Shown here: positions 9,308-19,106 of the stretch, piece after piece
How the letters are laid out: every line of letters starts with the position of its first letter
Numbering within the stretch: the first letter of the stretch is position 1
Virus record (IMG/VR): IMGVR_UViG_3300028392_000030
Span: 1-64,000 of that record
Source: a virus
DNA: 64,000 nt
Reading direction: 5' to 3' (one strand)
Translations under genes and position numbers: made by a program
Notes under the pieces: model-generated
Database searches by the model: none
The model's input: only the letters and a program-made list of their open reading frames with translations
What the model was told of the DNA's origin: nothing

Positions 9308-11740
9308 ATGTTTGCATTGGATCTATTCAACACACAGTACGAACGAGCACTCAAAGAAGGTGCAGTAGACAAAGTGGTCAGCGAAGGTGGCCCATACGAT
9401 TTGCCCGGTATTGACTACAACCGTCCTGGAGACGCATCACGTCGACCAAAACCATCCGGCGGCACTACACCGAGACGTCATCCAGATGATCCTGACTTTA
9501 TGGATCCAGACCAACGTAGACTACGTGCCGAACAAGAACGCTTGAAAAAGGCCTGGGCAGAAAAAAACAAAGGTGTAGCAGAAGAAACAGATCCATTCGG
9601 CGGTTACAAACAATCACCCAGAGCATTTGGTGTTGGCAACTTTCAACGCATTGTGAAGGCCAATATGGGCAATCTTCCTACAGTTACCCTGGAGTTTGCT
9701 GATCCCAACGACAACATTGTGTTGGACAGAAAAGGTGTTGACTTAATCAGCGATTACTATGATGGATTAAAAACTGACGCAATTAAAAACCATTTTATCT
9801 ATCGTGTGTTGCCCAGCGCAGATGAAGTGTTGACCATATTGAAACGACTAGGATGGCACGATGCAGTTCAACCCGAACTTCCTGGCATACCTCGACAAGG
9901 CGAACTGCCACTGCAAGAAAAAAAAAGATTAGATCGTAATACAGATGTACCTGCTGGCGATGTCAAGGTTGCTAGAGAACTACAAAAACTTCGTGCCCAA
10001 TATCCTGCAGCACGAAGCGACGTAGAAGTTGTGGCCAAAAGTGAAATAGATTCTAATGAGCGCAGTCAACAGCAATTGGCCGCCATCAAAGGTGCCAACA
10101 ACGAACAAGACCGCTTGCTACAACAACTGGTGGCCCTGGATCGAAAACAAGGTACCGAAATTGGCAGTCTAGACAATGAAAATGATCGTCTTGATCAACA
10201 GTTAAAGCATGTAGAGAAAACCAATGCACGATTAGCACAGGCCATTGGACAGATGAGTGGTCGAGCACAATCAGTTTCGCCGCAATCTCGAGTGGTTGAT
10301 ATTCTCCCAAATGCTCCTGCTGATGCACCAAGCCAACCACAGTCACAAGCGGCTGCTGAGCCAACCGAACCCGTGCAGCAATCAAAATCAAATGCAATAG
10401 GTCGCATGGCTCAAAGTTTAGGTCAAACACGACAAGTTCAAGGCATTGATCAAGGCCCGGCACCCAGCATCAGGGGTGACAACGTAAGTTACATCGATCC
10501 GGTACGACGAGCCCAGGCCGCGATTGCCAAAAAAGACCTAGGGCCCATGGCCAAGCGCATGATCGATAAAGGAGTGCTGACCAGAACCGGTACCGACGAA
10601 GGGCTATTGGGTTTTATAGCAAATAAAAAATCTGAACCAACGAAAAAATCTGAACCGGTTGACCCAATGATTGCAAAAATAGTATCTAATAGACAGAACC
10701 CGCAATCACGAGTTCCTGGAGCAAAAGCCAAAGTGTATCACGGTTACGATGAATACAATCGTGCCAAGGCAGTGGGTGATGTAGAAGAATCCACAGTAAA
10801 TGAATTTGCATCTGGGCAAGGTGGAGATTCAGGCAACTATTTCCAGGCCCTGGCTTCGGCCTGGTATAATGGCACCTTTGACACAGGTAGCCTGCAAAAA
10901 GGTATCAAGAGTCAAGAGGACGTGGAACGCTTGTTGAATCGTGGCGTTGTTTGTCCTGATGGCAAGACTCGTAAACTGCATATTGATTACAATGCCAACT
11001 TTGACGGTGTGGAAATCTACAGTGATGACTATTATGAATACGGTGATCACGATGACACCATAGACAGTCGCACAGGCCAAAAGTGGGGACCATATGACTT
11101 TATGGCATTCTCAGATGAAGACTTGAGTGAAAGTCTGAACGAATTGTCAACAGATAAGTTGGCACAATATAAAACAGCCTCGGCACTTGATGCTGGTGCT
11201 GCTGACAAGCGTGGTGACTACGAGCGTGGTGACAAACGTTTTGCAGGAATCGTAAAAGCAACCAAAAAACAATTTGCCAACGATCTCAAGAAACATGGTC
11301 AGCAAGGTGTGGCGGAAGGCGTCTATCGCGGCGACTGGGTACGACATCCAGACAATCCATGGCAGATAGGTCAAATACAAAGTATTGACAATGGTCAAGC
11401 CGTGGTCACATGGAAAAAGACTGACAAAAGAAAAAAGGCAATGTCATCAACTCATGCAGTTGATGCCCTACAACATGCCAGGCGTGAGTTCTCTCAATTG
11501 ACACAACCCACACATACACCGGGCATGGCGGAAGGCTCCAGCACTGCCAGTGATGCAGTTGAACGGGCTATTCTCAATCGCATCATGGTAGCGCACACAG
11601 ACCTGTTGATGCGGTTTGGACCAGACAAAGTCATGCAGGCCGCTGAAGAAGTTGCTTACGGAGTAGGCGATGTTGATGAAATTGGCACCAGCGATGTCAG
11701 TGCTTATGTCAATCAAGTAAGACAAATACTAGGTGCCTAA
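9308..11740 (+). CDS. Large modular internal-head-type polyprotein
   Basis: GVAEE, QGVAEG, GMAEG, TVNE, SLNE linkers; coiled-coil and SH3-like modules. Confidence 0.7.
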   Translation: MFALDLFNTQYERALKEGAVDKVVSEGGPYDLPGIDYNRPGDASRRPKPSGGTTPRRHPDDPDFMDPDQRRLRAEQERLKKAWAEKNKGVAEETDPFGGYKQSPRAFGVGNFQRIVKANMGNLPTVTLEFADPNDNIVLDRKGVDLISDYYDGLKTDAIKNHFIYRVLPSADEVLTILKRLGWHDAVQPELPGIPRQGELPLQEKKRLDRNTDVPAGDVKVARELQKLRAQYPAARSDVEVVAKSEIDSNERSQQQLAAIKGANNEQDRLLQQLVALDRKQGTEIGSLDNENDRLDQQLKHVEKTNARLAQAIGQMSGRAQSVSPQSRVVDILPNAPADAPSQPQSQAAAEPTEPVQQSKSNAIGRMAQSLGQTRQVQGIDQGPAPSIRGDNVSYIDPVRRAQAAIAKKDLGPMAKRMIDKGVLTRTGTDEGLLGFIANKKSEPTKKSEPVDPMIAKIVSNRQNPQSRVPGAKAKVYHGYDEYNRAKAVGDVEESTVNEFASGQGGDSGNYFQALASAWYNGTFDTGSLQKGIKSQEDVERLLNRGVVCPDGKTRKLHIDYNANFDGVEIYSDDYYEYGDHDDTIDSRTGQKWGPYDFMAFSDEDLSESLNELSTDKLAQYKTASALDAGAADKRGDYERGDKRFAGIVKATKKQFANDLKKHGQQGVAEGVYRGDWVRHPDNPWQIGQIQSIDNGQAVVTWKKTDKRKKAMSSTHAVDALQHARREFSQLTQPTHTPGMAEGSSTASDAVERAILNRIMVAHTDLLMRFGPDKVMQAAEEVAYGVGDVDEIGTSDVSAYVNQVRQILGA

Positions 11741-12375
11741 TGATACTTGCTGATTTTCAAATCAGTAACCATGACAAATTAGATCGTATTCTAGTGCGTC
11801 TATGTGACATGGTTGTTGCGGGTCAACAACAGGCTCCAGATCAATATGGCATGGTTGCAGCCGCAGTATTAGATCCCGACAACCGTTGTGTAATGGGTGT
11901 CAACTATCCTGCCAGAGACGGACGACGAGTTCACGGTGAACGTGCTGCTATTGACAGCTATCATGCTCGTTTTGGTTCTATTCCTGCGGGCAGCATTATC
12001 ATTACAACCTGTAGCCCATGCACTCAAGACATGGCTGAACGTGCAGGCATTAACTGTAGTGATCTTGTTGACGAAGTTGGTGTCCACAAAGTCTATGCTG
12101 GCTATCAAGACCCTAGCCAGGAACGGATACGTAAAAAATATCACATAGAAATCACACGTAATCCCAAAATACAACAACTATGCAAGGCATTTGCTGATAC
12201 GTTTTTAAAAGATGAATTAAACGAACTCACGTTCTTAGGATCGCAATGTACCAAAGACTGTTCAGGTCATAGAGCCGGCTATGCCTGGAGTCAAAGCAAA
12301 GGTGGACGTGTGGCCAACAGTCCATGGAGCCCCAGCTTCAACAAAGGCTCACAACTACACGTGGATGGCAAGTAA
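11740..12375 (+). CDS. Zn-dependent nucleoside/nucleotide deaminase-fold protein with Cys-rich C-terminal module
   Basis: VAAAVLD...GVN...HGERAAI...TTCSPC; tail CTKDCSGHRAGYAW after ELNE. Confidence 0.75.
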   Translation: MILADFQISNHDKLDRILVRLCDMVVAGQQQAPDQYGMVAAAVLDPDNRCVMGVNYPARDGRRVHGERAAIDSYHARFGSIPAGSIIITTCSPCTQDMAERAGINCSDLVDEVGVHKVYAGYQDPSQERIRKKYHIEITRNPKIQQLCKAFADTFLKDELNELTFLGSQCTKDCSGHRAGYAWSQSKGGRVANSPWSPSFNKGSQLHVDGK

Positions 12376-12449
12376 TGGACTATCCATATCCTGTATATCC
12401 CGAAGACGACGGCTATGATCGCCCAAGAAATCCTTACGCCCCTTGTTGA
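12375..12449 (+). CDS. Possible 24-aa Pro/Tyr/Asp-rich peptide MDYPYPVYPEDDGYDRPRNPYAPC
   Basis: TAATG coupling to the deaminase stop; overlaps next gene in another frame. Confidence 0.4.
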   Translation: MDYPYPVYPEDDGYDRPRNPYAPC

Positions 12450-13008
12450 ATTATCTCCGGATACTTTGACCGGTAGCAAAAGCAGTAGTCTTAATCTTGA
12501 AAGATTTTGGGCAGTTGCCACACTATCTCAAATTAAAAACCGCTTTGATACCATTTATATTTTGGGATCTTGGTACGGCAATGTGGCCTTATTGTTGTTC
12601 ATGCTTGACAAGTATATCGCGTTTGATCAAATTGTCAACGTTGATACTAATCCTACCTCACTCAAAGTTGGGCAACAACGACTGAAGCAACTGGGCTTAG
12701 ATAGCAAAACTCAAGCCATGCTCAAAGATGCCAACAAATTAGATTATCAACAACTTGGTCCCAATGGTCTAGTGATCAATTTAAGTTGCCATGACATTGA
12801 AGGACTAGCATGGTTAGATAATATCCCTAAGGGAACCATGGTTGTTCTTCAAGCTCGCAACAATAACCCCGGGGCGGTTAATCAATACAAAGATTTTAAA
12901 CAATTTGATACAGCATTGCCTATTTCTAAAACTATATATCAGGCAACACTTGATCTGATAGACTCAGATGGTCCGTATGAAGATTATATGAAAATTGGTA
13001 TCAAATAG
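12415..13008 (+). CDS. SAM-dependent methyltransferase-like protein
   Basis: YILGSWYG motif I-like, VDTN acidic motif II, VINLSCHDI. Confidence 0.6.
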   Translation: MIAQEILTPLVELSPDTLTGSKSSSLNLERFWAVATLSQIKNRFDTIYILGSWYGNVALLLFMLDKYIAFDQIVNVDTNPTSLKVGQQRLKQLGLDSKTQAMLKDANKLDYQQLGPNGLVINLSCHDIEGLAWLDNIPKGTMVVLQARNNNPGAVNQYKDFKQFDTALPISKTIYQATLDLIDSDGPYEDYMKIGIK

Positions 13009-13049
13009 TATAAGCAAATATTTCTAGTAGTATAGGACACAATAAGTAA

Positions 13050-14108
13050 TTGTATATGCATGTTGATCAATTAAAATTTTACAAATACAGTCCGATCAAA
13101 AAACCCAAATATCAGGGTAAATTTTGTCGCTTACCGTTTGATACTTTACAAATCGACCAAGACGGTGATGTGCAATTGTGTGACTGCCAAGCATTTATGC
13201 CCTACACGATTGGCAACATTTACAAAAATAGTTTACAAGACATTTGGACAAATGAAGCTGCTGATCGTGTAAGACAGTCAGTGGTCGACGAAGAATTTAC
13301 CTACTGTAGTTGGGCCTGTTCTCACTTGGCCACTTTGCCCAACCGTCCGGCAATAGTGCCACTGGTTCAAGATTTTCCAAAAACGATCAAGATAGATATG
13401 GATCGTAGTTGTAATCTAAAATGTCCCAGTTGCAGAGAAGACGTTATTATCGAAAAGCACTCGGATCGCATTGACAAACAAATTGAACTATACGAGCATA
13501 TAAAACAATGGGCTCTCAGCAATCCTACTAAGTTTATACGCCTTATTCCAATGAATAGCGGAGAAATTTTTGCAAGCCACAGCGGATTGGCTTTTTTAAA
13601 GTCTTTGCAAGACTATCCCCACAACAATATCAAATTGACTATTACTACCAATGGAACCTTGATTAGTCGCAATCAAACACTGCTCAGCAACATTGACCAT
13701 TTAATTGACATTTTTACCGTCAGTATCGATGCTAGCACTGCCGAAACCTATGCTCAAGTTAGAGGCGGCAATTGGGATGAACTGTTGCTGGGATTAGATT
13801 TTGTAAGGAATAATTTAAAAAAATCTGTAGACTTTCAATTTTGTATACAAAAAAATAACTATCACGAAATTGAATCATTCGCTGACTTTGCCAATCAATA
13901 CAAAGCCAACATAACTTATCAAAAGCTCACAGACTGGGGACATTGGAATATTGCCTGGTGGCACAACAATAATGTCTTAGATAGATCCAAAGATACATTT
14001 AACTCCGTAATTGACAGTATTATTCGAGTACGAGCTCAATACCCAGGACGAATATCAGTGGCGGCCGGAATTAGTAAGTATTTAGAACAACGTAACAAAT
14101 CAAACTAA
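13050..14108 (+). CDS. Radical SAM protein with N-terminal SPASM/twitch domain
   Basis: CRLPF...GDVQLC twitch; CNLKCPSC CxxxCxxC; GE, TNG motifs. Confidence 0.85.
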   Translation: MYMHVDQLKFYKYSPIKKPKYQGKFCRLPFDTLQIDQDGDVQLCDCQAFMPYTIGNIYKNSLQDIWTNEAADRVRQSVVDEEFTYCSWACSHLATLPNRPAIVPLVQDFPKTIKIDMDRSCNLKCPSCREDVIIEKHSDRIDKQIELYEHIKQWALSNPTKFIRLIPMNSGEIFASHSGLAFLKSLQDYPHNNIKLTITTNGTLISRNQTLLSNIDHLIDIFTVSIDASTAETYAQVRGGNWDELLLGLDFVRNNLKKSVDFQFCIQKNNYHEIESFADFANQYKANITYQKLTDWGHWNIAWWHNNNVLDRSKDTFNSVIDSIIRVRAQYPGRISVAAGISKYLEQRNKSN

Positions 14109-14256
14109 TACTGTAACTTGTTGCGAGGTGGGCCAGGTGCTGGCCTAGTCGAACAATTCGCTACCGTGAAACTAAAAGTGACCATTTATTAGCAATAAGT
14201 AATCAATGCCAACAAAAAAATAACGAGTCAATTGCTCGAATCTTCGAGTTGATCAA

Positions 14257-14284
14257 TTGACTTTATGAAATAATCGTGTATAAT
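14257..14284 (+). promoter_or_regulatory. Sigma70-type promoter
   Basis: TTGACT-16-TATAAT. Confidence 0.6.
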
Positions 14285-14309
14285 AGTGAAACTTACACAG
14301 GAGAAACCA

Positions 14310-14573
14310 ATGTCCAATAGTAGAATTTTTAGCGGTGCAGAACAGGCCAAACTTACCCAAGTGATCAATGAAGGTATGCAGGTCATGATGGAAATCGAAA
14401 CACTAACTGGTGGTCTCAATGACACAGTCAAGGCCATTGCCGAAGAAATGGATATCAAACCCAACGTGCTTAAAAAAGCCATCCGCTTGGCACACAAGAG
14501 CGAATTTGGTCGTGAACAACAGGATCACGAATTGTTAGAAACAATTCTGACTTCGGTAGGCAAGACCTTATAA
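14310..14573 (+). CDS. T4 DsbA/GapR-like dsDNA-binding protein
   Basis: AGGAG SD; helical EIE...LND.VK.IAEE...KKAIRLAHK pattern. Confidence 0.6.
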   Translation: MSNSRIFSGAEQAKLTQVINEGMQVMMEIETLTGGLNDTVKAIAEEMDIKPNVLKKAIRLAHKSEFGREQQDHELLETILTSVGKTL

Positions 14574-14576
14574 ATA
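14569..14576 (+). promoter_or_regulatory. T4-type late promoter
   Basis: Exact TATAAATA. Confidence 0.65.
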
Positions 14577-16451
14577 TTGTTTTCAAACAATCGAGTCGTT
14601 CACGTTACGAACATGAATCATGGCTACCCGGCCATAAACGGAGAATATATATTGCAAGACCAAAAAAAGAAGTTTTTGATTGTTAGATTTGCACCCGGTA
14701 GCGGAGGAAAATTTCTTTCAACATTATTTCAATGCAGTGACTCGGTTCATGCCTGGGACGAGGATCTTACTCTAGCCAAGCAAGAAAAAGATTATGAAAA
14801 AATTTTTAGTTACGTAAGTTCAAAATTTACAACAAACTTTGAAGATTGGCAAAAAATTGAACCGGAAGTCCCTTACCAAACTGATTTTGTAAGTAATCGT
14901 TTCCCTCGTGGTGATGACATCACTTTTGAACAGGCACAAACATTATTGATAAATGATTCAAAATATCAACATGATTTCAATACCAACGGTCAAATAGTTC
15001 TTATTTTAAATAAGTCACAGGTGCCACAGTGGATCTGGGGTCAAGCTAATATTGTCAATATTCTAATAGACAATAACAAGAGCAAAAAATGGTTTCGGGT
15101 TGCAAGACTTCAAAAATTATTTACTAAACTCGACGAACGTTCTTACGTAATCAAACAAGAACATGAAGATTATTGCTCACCCAAACGAGCAAAATTAGCT
15201 GTCAAATTCAATAATGAAAAAACATTTCAAGGATCATGGTACAGTTTTGTAAAAAAATATATCATAAATGATGAAGTTGGGAAACTGTTTACCAGTAAAC
15301 AGTTGATCGAGAATCATCCATCAAATGTTAACGTTGACAATTTCTTTTTTGATCTTTCATTATACGACAACGAAATCAAATTTATAGAACAATTTCAAGA
15401 TCTTTGTAATCAACTTGGAATAACACCAGCACCAGTGTTTTTGATTTCAAAAATATTAAAACACTATCAAAGTATACATCGCCCGGCGTTGAACAACACT
15501 ATTATGTCTGGAACAAGTTATGATTATAAAGACAGGATGCAAGCATCTAAATCTCATGTGCGTAAAGCTGTAAAACATACAAACTATATAGGTTTTCTTG
15601 GTGATCAAGTTGATTCGGTTGTTCTGGATAAATTTTTATCAAATACCAACAAAACAGTGTTGGTGACTGATAACAAAATTACAGTGCCCACAAGTGCCAA
15701 TCAAACAATATTAAATATTTCTCCTGAGTTTTACGGCATACATTATATGCCGTTTAATTTAGAAAATTTACCAAGTCCAGAACGGGCATATAACTGTTTT
15801 ATCAATCGTATTTGTGCAAATCGACAAAGTTGGTTTTACAAATTGTCTGATATTGGGCTAGATAAGGGATTTGTAAGTTTTAATATTGATTATCGACTCA
15901 CACCAAGTCACGCCTATGCCGACAAATTGGCCATATTTGATCGGTTGCATTACGAACATAATACAATATTTCAGCGGCAATATGAAAAAATTAGGCCGTT
16001 GGTTCCTTATTGTAATTTTGAGCAAACCAGCAATATTGAAAATATTATTGCCAAAAGCATGGTCTCTTTGGTAATAGAAACATACTTCGATGATAATCGA
16101 GTCATTGCACTGAGTGAAAAAACTTTTAGGGCATTACAACTACCAAGGCCATTTTTATTGTTTGCCCCTAAGGGCACAATACAATACTTGACAAGTCTTG
16201 GTTTTCGAATAATCAATGATGGACTAGACCATAGTTATGACACCAAAGAACATTGGATTACAAGACAAACATTAATTTTAGAACAGTTAGAAAGAAGTTT
16301 AAGAAACACAGACTACACTATACCTCAAAGTTGGATAGATATAGCAGACCATAATCAACAAATAATGCGTAATTGGGATAAAAGTTGGAACATTAAAATT
16401 CAATCTTCCATAGACAAAGCAACAAATATACTATATAATGAGCTACAATGA
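14577..16451 (+). CDS. Fusion: sulfotransferase/P-loop-like N-domain plus GT10-like C-domain
   Basis: IVRFAPGSGGKFLSTL; SLVIET...LSEKTFRALQLPRPFLLF; start uncertain. Confidence 0.5.
   Translation: MFSNNRVVHVTNMNHGYPAINGEYILQDQKKKFLIVRFAPGSGGKFLSTLFQCSDSVHAWDEDLTLAKQEKDYEKIFSYVSSKFTTNFEDWQKIEPEVPYQTDFVSNRFPRGDDITFEQAQTLLINDSKYQHDFNTNGQIVLILNKSQVPQWIWGQANIVNILIDNNKSKKWFRVARLQKLFTKLDERSYVIKQEHEDYCSPKRAKLAVKFNNEKTFQGSWYSFVKKYIINDEVGKLFTSKQLIENHPSNVNVDNFFFDLSLYDNEIKFIEQFQDLCNQLGITPAPVFLISKILKHYQSIHRPALNNTIMSGTSYDYKDRMQASKSHVRKAVKHTNYIGFLGDQVDSVVLDKFLSNTNKTVLVTDNKITVPTSANQTILNISPEFYGIHYMPFNLENLPSPERAYNCFINRICANRQSWFYKLSDIGLDKGFVSFNIDYRLTPSHAYADKLAIFDRLHYEHNTIFQRQYEKIRPLVPYCNFEQTSNIENIIAKSMVSLVIETYFDDNRVIALSEKTFRALQLPRPFLLFAPKGTIQYLTSLGFRIINDGLDHSYDTKEHWITRQTLILEQLERSLRNTDYTIPQSWIDIADHNQQIMRNWDKSWNIKIQSSIDKATNILYNELQ
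16411..16439 (+). promoter_or_regulatory. Sigma70-type promoter for DNA polymerase
   Basis: TAGACA-17-TATAAT. Confidence 0.65.
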
Positions 16452-19105
16452 GTTACATAGATGCACTATTTGATCGTGAACACGATCGTATTCATGTAGT
16501 TGAACGCCGAGATGGCCAAAGACGCTATCAAGAATATCCAGCCAACTATGTTTTTTATTACGAGGATCCTCGTGGTAAATTTCAAAGTATCTTTGGTACA
16601 CCAGTCAGCAGATTCAGCACTAGAAACAACAAAGAGTTTCGCAAAGAAATTCGTATTCAATCCGGCAAAAAATTATACGAGTCTGATATCAATCCAATTT
16701 TCCGTTGCCTAGAAGAAAACTATAAAGGACAAGACGGTCCTCGATTAAACGTAGCGTTCTTTGACATTGAAGTTGACTTTGACCCTGAACGTGGTTTCTC
16801 ACCAACAACAGACCCATTCAATGCTATCACTGCTATTTCAGTATATCTGCAATGGCTAGAGCAAATGGTCACTCTGGTAGTTCCGCCCAAACACATGAGC
16901 CGTGAGACTGCTGACGAGATTGCCCAGGAGTTTGAAAATTGCGTTGTGTTTGATAAGGAAGAAGAAATGTTAAAAACTTTCTTGGACCTAATCGAAGATG
17001 CTGATGCAATATCCGGTTGGAATAGTGAGGGCTATGATATTCCTTATACTGTGAATCGTGTTACTAGGATTCTCAGCAAAGACGATACACGTAGATTCTG
17101 TTTATGGAATCAATATCCTAAGAAGCGTATATTCGAACGCTTTGGGGCCGAGAATGAGACCTACGATTTGATTGGTCGTGTGCATATGGACTATATGCAA
17201 CTGTATCGAAAATACACTTATGAAGAACGTCACAGTTATTCACTTGACGCCATTGCTGAGTATGAACTACAAGAAACCAAAACAGTATTCGAAGGCACAT
17301 TGGATCAATTGTATAATCAAAACTTTAAAAAGTTTATTGAATACAACAGACAGGACACGATGATTCTGGCTAAGTTGGATAAAAAATTAAAATTCTTAGA
17401 CCTAGCCAACACACTAGCACACGAAAATACTGTGCTACTGCAAACCACAATGGGTGCCGTGGCTGTGACTGAACAGGCAATTATCAACGAAGCCCACGAG
17501 CGTGGCATGGTCGTACCCAATCGCAAGGAACGGTATAGCGATGAGGACACACAAGCCGCTGGCGCTTATGTTGCATTTCCTAAGAAAGGTATCCATGAGT
17601 ATGTAGGGTCAATAGATATCAACTCACTATATCCCAGTGCTATTAGAGCCCTTAACATGGGTCCAGAAACTATTGTAGGACAACTTAGACCTGTAATGAC
17701 GGATCGTTATATCAGTGATAAGATGAGAGGAGGCAGTAGTTTTGCCGCGGCATGGGAAGGTTTGTTTGGCAGTTTGGAATATGAAGCAGTAATGGCTACA
17801 GAGCCAGGAACAGAAATTACCATTGACTGGAAAGATGGTGAAGAGTCAGTTCATAGTGCCGCTGACGTATGGAAGATAATTTTTGACAGCAATCGCCCTT
17901 GGATGATCACTGCCAATGGCACAATCTTTACTTTCGAAAAGGAAGCAGTTATTCCTGGGTTACTAAAACGTTGGTATGCTGAACGTAAAGAGATGCAGGC
18001 CAAATTGAAAGAGTGTAAAAATGCAGAAGATGAAGAATACTGGGACAAACGTCAGTTGGTCAAGAAGATTAACTTGAACAGTTTGTATGGCGCTATTCTT
18101 AATCCTGGTTGCAGGTTCTTTGACAAGCGTATTGGTCAATCCACAACTCTCACTGGTCGTGCAATCGCCCGGCACATGGATGCTCATGTAAATGAGTGTA
18201 TCACTGGCAAATATGATCACGTAGGTGAAGCAATCATTTATGGTGACACAGACTCGTGTTATTTTACAGCCTATCCTGTATTGCAAAAAGAAATAGAAGC
18301 AGGTAATATGACTTGGAATCGAGAAATTGCTGTGCAACTGTATAACAGTATTGCTGACCAAGTTAATGATAGCTTTCCGGGCTTTATGGAACGGGCATTC
18401 CATGTGCCCAGAGAAATGGGATCAGTAATCAAGGGCGGTCGAGAAATTGTTGCAAGCAAGGGCTTGTTCATTACCAAGAAGCGTTATGCTGTCATGTATT
18501 ACGACAAAGAGAATAAACGTGTAGATACACATGGTAGCCCCGGCAAAGTAAAAGCCATGGGTCTTGATCTCAAACGCAGTGATACTCCTAAGGTTATTCA
18601 AGAATTCTTAAGTCAAATTCTCAATGAGGTGCTGATTGGTACAAGTCGCGAGGACATTATTGAAAAGATTCGTGAATTCAAATATGTGTTTAAAGAGCGT
18701 CCAGGTTGGGAGAAAGGTAGCCCAAAACGTGTAAACAACTTGACCAAATATGGCAAAGAAGAAGAACGACTGGGCAAAGCCAACATGCCAGGGCATGTGC
18801 GAGCCGCACTCAACTGGAACAATTTGCGTCGTATGAATGGCGACAAGTATTCAATGCAGATTGTAGATGGTATGAAAACAATTGTGTGTAAATTGAAACA
18901 AAATCCACTTGGATGGACCAGTATCGGTTATCCTACAGACGAAACACATTTACCACAATGGTTTAAAGAACTTCCGTTTGCCGACAGCGAGATGGAAGCC
19001 ACAGTGGTGGACCAAAAATTAGACAACTTGTTAGGTGTATTAGAATGGGACTTGGCTAGTGCCACTAATACAGAAAACACTTTCCAAACATTGTTTGAGT
19101 GGTAA
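16448..19105 (+). CDS. DNA polymerase family B (T4 gp43-like)
   Basis: FFDIE exonuclease, DINSLYPS, KINLNSLYG, YGDTDS; no intein seen. Confidence 0.97.
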   Translation: MSYIDALFDREHDRIHVVERRDGQRRYQEYPANYVFYYEDPRGKFQSIFGTPVSRFSTRNNKEFRKEIRIQSGKKLYESDINPIFRCLEENYKGQDGPRLNVAFFDIEVDFDPERGFSPTTDPFNAITAISVYLQWLEQMVTLVVPPKHMSRETADEIAQEFENCVVFDKEEEMLKTFLDLIEDADAISGWNSEGYDIPYTVNRVTRILSKDDTRRFCLWNQYPKKRIFERFGAENETYDLIGRVHMDYMQLYRKYTYEERHSYSLDAIAEYELQETKTVFEGTLDQLYNQNFKKFIEYNRQDTMILAKLDKKLKFLDLANTLAHENTVLLQTTMGAVAVTEQAIINEAHERGMVVPNRKERYSDEDTQAAGAYVAFPKKGIHEYVGSIDINSLYPSAIRALNMGPETIVGQLRPVMTDRYISDKMRGGSSFAAAWEGLFGSLEYEAVMATEPGTEITIDWKDGEESVHSAADVWKIIFDSNRPWMITANGTIFTFEKEAVIPGLLKRWYAERKEMQAKLKECKNAEDEEYWDKRQLVKKINLNSLYGAILNPGCRFFDKRIGQSTTLTGRAIARHMDAHVNECITGKYDHVGEAIIYGDTDSCYFTAYPVLQKEIEAGNMTWNREIAVQLYNSIADQVNDSFPGFMERAFHVPREMGSVIKGGREIVASKGLFITKKRYAVMYYDKENKRVDTHGSPGKVKAMGLDLKRSDTPKVIQEFLSQILNEVLIGTSREDIIEKIREFKYVFKERPGWEKGSPKRVNNLTKYGKEEERLGKANMPGHVRAALNWNNLRRMNGDKYSMQIVDGMKTIVCKLKQNPLGWTSIGYPTDETHLPQWFKELPFADSEMEATVVDQKLDNLLGVLEWDLASATNTENTFQTLFEW

Positions 19106-19106
19106 C

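Noticed and set aside
16448-19105. Intein or intron in DNA polymerase
   Set aside because: Continuous ORF of normal length with contiguous motifs.
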